Shown piece by piece: positions 46,175 to 48,435 of a DNA stretch of 48,435 nucleotides. The stretch is from Saprospiraceae bacterium (GTDB lineage Bacteria > Bacteroidota > Bacteroidia > Chitinophagales > Saprospiraceae). Position numbers and translations under genes: made by a program. Numbering within the stretch: the first letter of the stretch is position 1; the number at the start of each line of letters is the position of its first letter. Below the pieces are notes generated by a model. The model did not search any database and was not told the DNA's origin. It was given only the letters and a program-made list of their open reading frames with translations. Location of the stretch: positions 1 to 48,435 of the forward strand of contig DASXWI010000080.1 of NCBI GenBank assembly GCA_036503755.1, in the 5' to 3' direction.

Positions 46175-46177
46175 AAA

Positions 46178-48435
46178 GTGAATCTATCTGAACTCAGCCT
46201 CCGCCGTCCCGTTCTAGCGATGGTTTGTTCCATCCTGATCATCATATTCGGGGTGATCGGGTATTCATTCCTGGGAGTAAGGGAGTATCCGGCGATCGAT
46301 CCGGCGGTAATTAATGTCAGCACTTCGTACGTCGGAGCTAATCCGGATATCATAGAGCAACAAATCACTGAGCCCCTTGAGAAGGTGATCAATGGCGTAC
46401 AAGGCGTAGTCAACATCACCAGTACCAGCACGCAAGGAAGAAGTAATATCACGGTTGAATTTGAGCTAGGGGTAGATCTCGAAAGGGCAGCTAATGATGT
46501 AAGGGATAAAGTGTCACTTGCTGCGGGCAATTTGCCGCAGGATATTGATGCACCTCCAACCGTGAGTAAATCAGATTCAGATTCTGATCCGATTGTCTTT
46601 TTGCAGATCCAAAGTCAGACAAAAAACCTGATGGAACTGACAGACTATGCAGAGAATGTGGTGCAGGAACAGTTACAAACCATCTCCGGCGTAAGTTCGG
46701 TCAATGTATTTGGGAAGCGACGTGCAATGCGACTTTGGATTGATCCTTCCAGGTTGGTTGCACACCGGATGACGATAGGCGATATCAGAGATGCGTTAGA
46801 AAGGGAAAACATCGAGCTACCAGGAGGTAAGATTCGAGGAGACCAGACGCAGCTAATTATCAAAACCTTTGGTAAGCTCACCACAGAAAATGAATTCAAC
46901 AACCTGATCATACGAGAGGATAATAACGGAGTAATTCGTTTGAAGGATATTGGTTCTGCAGAACTGGGACCCGAAGCTGAAGAATCCTCTTCGCGAAAGA
47001 ATAATGTACCATGCGTGAGCATGGGGATTGTTGCTCAACCAGGAAGCAATCAAATCGAAATCGTGGATGAAATTTATCGACGACTTGAATCGATAAAAAA
47101 AGATATGCCTGCGGATATCATCCTTGAAGTAGGATATGACCGCACAACCTTTGTGCGCAAAGCCATCCTCGAGGTGAAAGAGACCCTGCTCATTGCCATC
47201 TCCCTTGTAGTAATCATTATCTTTTTATTTTTCAGGGAATGGACAATTGCACTTCGTCCATTGATTGATATTCCTGTTTCATTGCTGGGGGCGTTTTTCA
47301 TTATGTACATTATGGGTTTTTCCATCAATGTATTGACGTTGCTGGCGATTGTTTTGGCGACAGGTCTTGTGGTAGATGATGGTATCGTAGTGACGGAGAA
47401 TATTTTCAAGCGGATGGAAGCGGGGATGAATAAATACAAGGCTGCACTTGAGGGTTCGAAAGAAATTTATTTTGCAGTCATTGCTACTTCGCTGACACTA
47501 GCTATTGTATTCCTTCCTATTATATTTCTTGAAGGATTCGTAGGAAAATTATTCAGGGAGTTTGGTATCGTGCTGGCAGGAGCCGTATTGATATCGGCAT
47601 TCGTATCGTTGACACTTACACCGGTATTGAATATTTACCTGACACGTAAAGGAGTACATAAACATTCAAAGTTTTATCTCTGGACCGAACCGTTTTTCGT
47701 GGGTCTTGAGCGTTTTTACAAAAGCAGCCTTCAAGGTTTTATGCGTGCCCGGTGGTTAGCCCTGGTCATGGTAGGCGCGTGTATGGCTATTATTTATTTT
47801 CTCGGCAGAAAACTTCCATCAGAATTAGCACCTATGGAAGATCGGAATCGTGTACGCGCTAGCGTAACAGGGCCGGAGGGAACTGATTTTGATTTTACGG
47901 ATGCTGTTACATATCAGATCACGCAGCAATTAATGGACTCCATACCTGAGCGATCTTTAGTACTTGCATTTGCTCCAGCATTTTCAGGCAACCAGGGTAG
48001 CAATGCATCTTTCATCAGCATGGGTTTGATAGATCCGGAATACAGGGAGCGGTCGCAAAATGAAATCGCTCAACAGATGAGCCGGATGTTTAAAGAGTAT
48101 ACAAGCGTCAAAGCCTTTGCGATCCAGGAGCAAACGATTTCAGTGGGTATTGGCGGAAGGGGATCCTTTCCGGTACAATATGTATTGCAACACCTGAGTT
48201 TTGATAAACTTAAGGAAAAGGTGCCTCTGTTTATGGAGGAAGTCAGAAAGAGCCAGGTCTTCCAGGGATTTGATGTCAACCTGAAATTTAACCAACCAGA
48301 ATTGCAAATCACCATTGATCGGTTGCGCGCAAATGAACTTGGGGTATCCGTGTTGGATGTAAATAATACATTACAACTCGCATTGAGCGGAAGACGATTT
48401 GGATATTTCATCATGAATGGTAAACAATACCAGGT
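46178..48435 (+). CDS. RND efflux pump permease (AcrB/HAE1-like), 3' end off-window
   Basis: It is absent from the ORF track because no stop occurs in the window. My own translation from the GTG at 46178 gives (M)NLSELSLRRPVLAMVCSILIIIFGVIGYSFLGVREYPAIDPAVINVSTSYVGANPDIIEQQITEPLE..., a classic RND N-terminus. The frame stays open to 48435, and the minus-strand ORFs here are antisense shadows. Confidence 0.9.
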   Translation, partial: MNLSELSLRRPVLAMVCSILIIIFGVIGYSFLGVREYPAIDPAVINVSTSYVGANPDIIEQQITEPLEKVINGVQGVVNITSTSTQGRSNITVEFELGVDLERAANDVRDKVSLAAGNLPQDIDAPPTVSKSDSDSDPIVFLQIQSQTKNLMELTDYAENVVQEQLQTISGVSSVNVFGKRRAMRLWIDPSRLVAHRMTIGDIRDALERENIELPGGKIRGDQTQLIIKTFGKLTTENEFNNLIIREDNNGVIRLKDIGSAELGPEAEESSSRKNNVPCVSMGIVAQPGSNQIEIVDEIYRRLESIKKDMPADIILEVGYDRTTFVRKAILEVKETLLIAISLVVIIIFLFFREWTIALRPLIDIPVSLLGAFFIMYIMGFSINVLTLLAIVLATGLVVDDGIVVTENIFKRMEAGMNKYKAALEGSKEIYFAVIATSLTLAIVFLPIIFLEGFVGKLFREFGIVLAGAVLISAFVSLTLTPVLNIYLTRKGVHKHSKFYLWTEPFFVGLERFYKSSLQGFMRARWLALVMVGACMAIIYFLGRKLPSELAPMEDRNRVRASVTGPEGTDFDFTDAVTYQITQQLMDSIPERSLVLAFAPAFSGNQGSNASFISMGLIDPEYRERSQNEIAQQMSRMFKEYTSVKAFAIQEQTISVGIGGRGSFPVQYVLQHLSFDKLKEKVPLFMEEVRKSQVFQGFDVNLKFNQPELQITIDRLRANELGVSVLDVNNTLQLALSGRRFGYFIMNGKQYQ

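Noticed and set aside
46171-48414. Minus-strand ORFs at 46171-46530, 46645-47022, 47074-47439 and 48070-48414.
   Set aside because: All are antisense to the open plus-strand frame that translates to a classic RND pump. That frame is missing from the track only because it has no stop in the window.
1-48435. A search by eye of all intergenic regions for tRNA, rRNA, transposase, integrase, phage or toxin-antitoxin/defence genes.
   Set aside because: None of the intergenic spacers shows tRNA-like arms or rRNA-like sequence. No ORF has recombinase or transposase hallmarks. The only element that looks mobile is the four-helix-bundle cassette, reported separately.

Overview
This 48.4-kb chromosomal segment most likely comes from a Bacteroidota genome. 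Supporting markers are a cargo protein with the T9SS type-B (gliding-motility) C-terminal domain, a fused CcsBA cytochrome c maturase, a four-helix-bundle (23S-IVS family) cassette, a TAnnTTTG-type promoter box and several TAATG-coupled genes. I support about 35 CDS. I saw no rRNA, tRNA, CRISPR array, transposase or integrase.

Housekeeping and envelope genes:
- lptF/G-lpxK-OMP-GT-C block, rsmA, an M13 peptidase, heme A synthase, dtd, a mazG-like gene and pntA (dI only).
- mutY, an ECF sigma factor, ddl, a yegP-like gene, a Wzz-like gene, rfbA and mevalonate diphosphate decarboxylase.
- A 1315-aa T9SS adhesin-like protein with 14 repeats, a Tat-signal TIM-barrel isomerase, and an RND efflux adaptor plus pump.

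The main result is a co-directional seven-gene cluster at 13734-28246:
- a 5-TM membrane protein with two H-x13-H pairs, which may bind two b-type hemes;
- a membrane-anchored ferredoxin-like/FAD-NAD(P)H oxidoreductase;
- a cytochrome c with 23 CXXCH motifs;
- a 1525-aa cytochrome c with 61 CXXCH motifs, built from tandem 666-bp nine-heme modules;
- an outer-membrane beta-barrel, a lipoprotein and a CcsBA heme lyase.

I read this cluster as a candidate trans-envelope electron conduit that has not been characterised, with an NAD(P)H-linked input rather than a quinol-linked one. That reading is inference from motifs only; no database search was possible.

Secondary observations:
- an IVS-like four-helix-bundle cassette, flanked by exact inverted 13-mers, inserted between the RND adaptor and pump genes;
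- paired CACGTG-core palindromic boxes upstream of the M13 peptidase gene;
- a TTTATTGAAA 10-mer shared by three intergenic regions.
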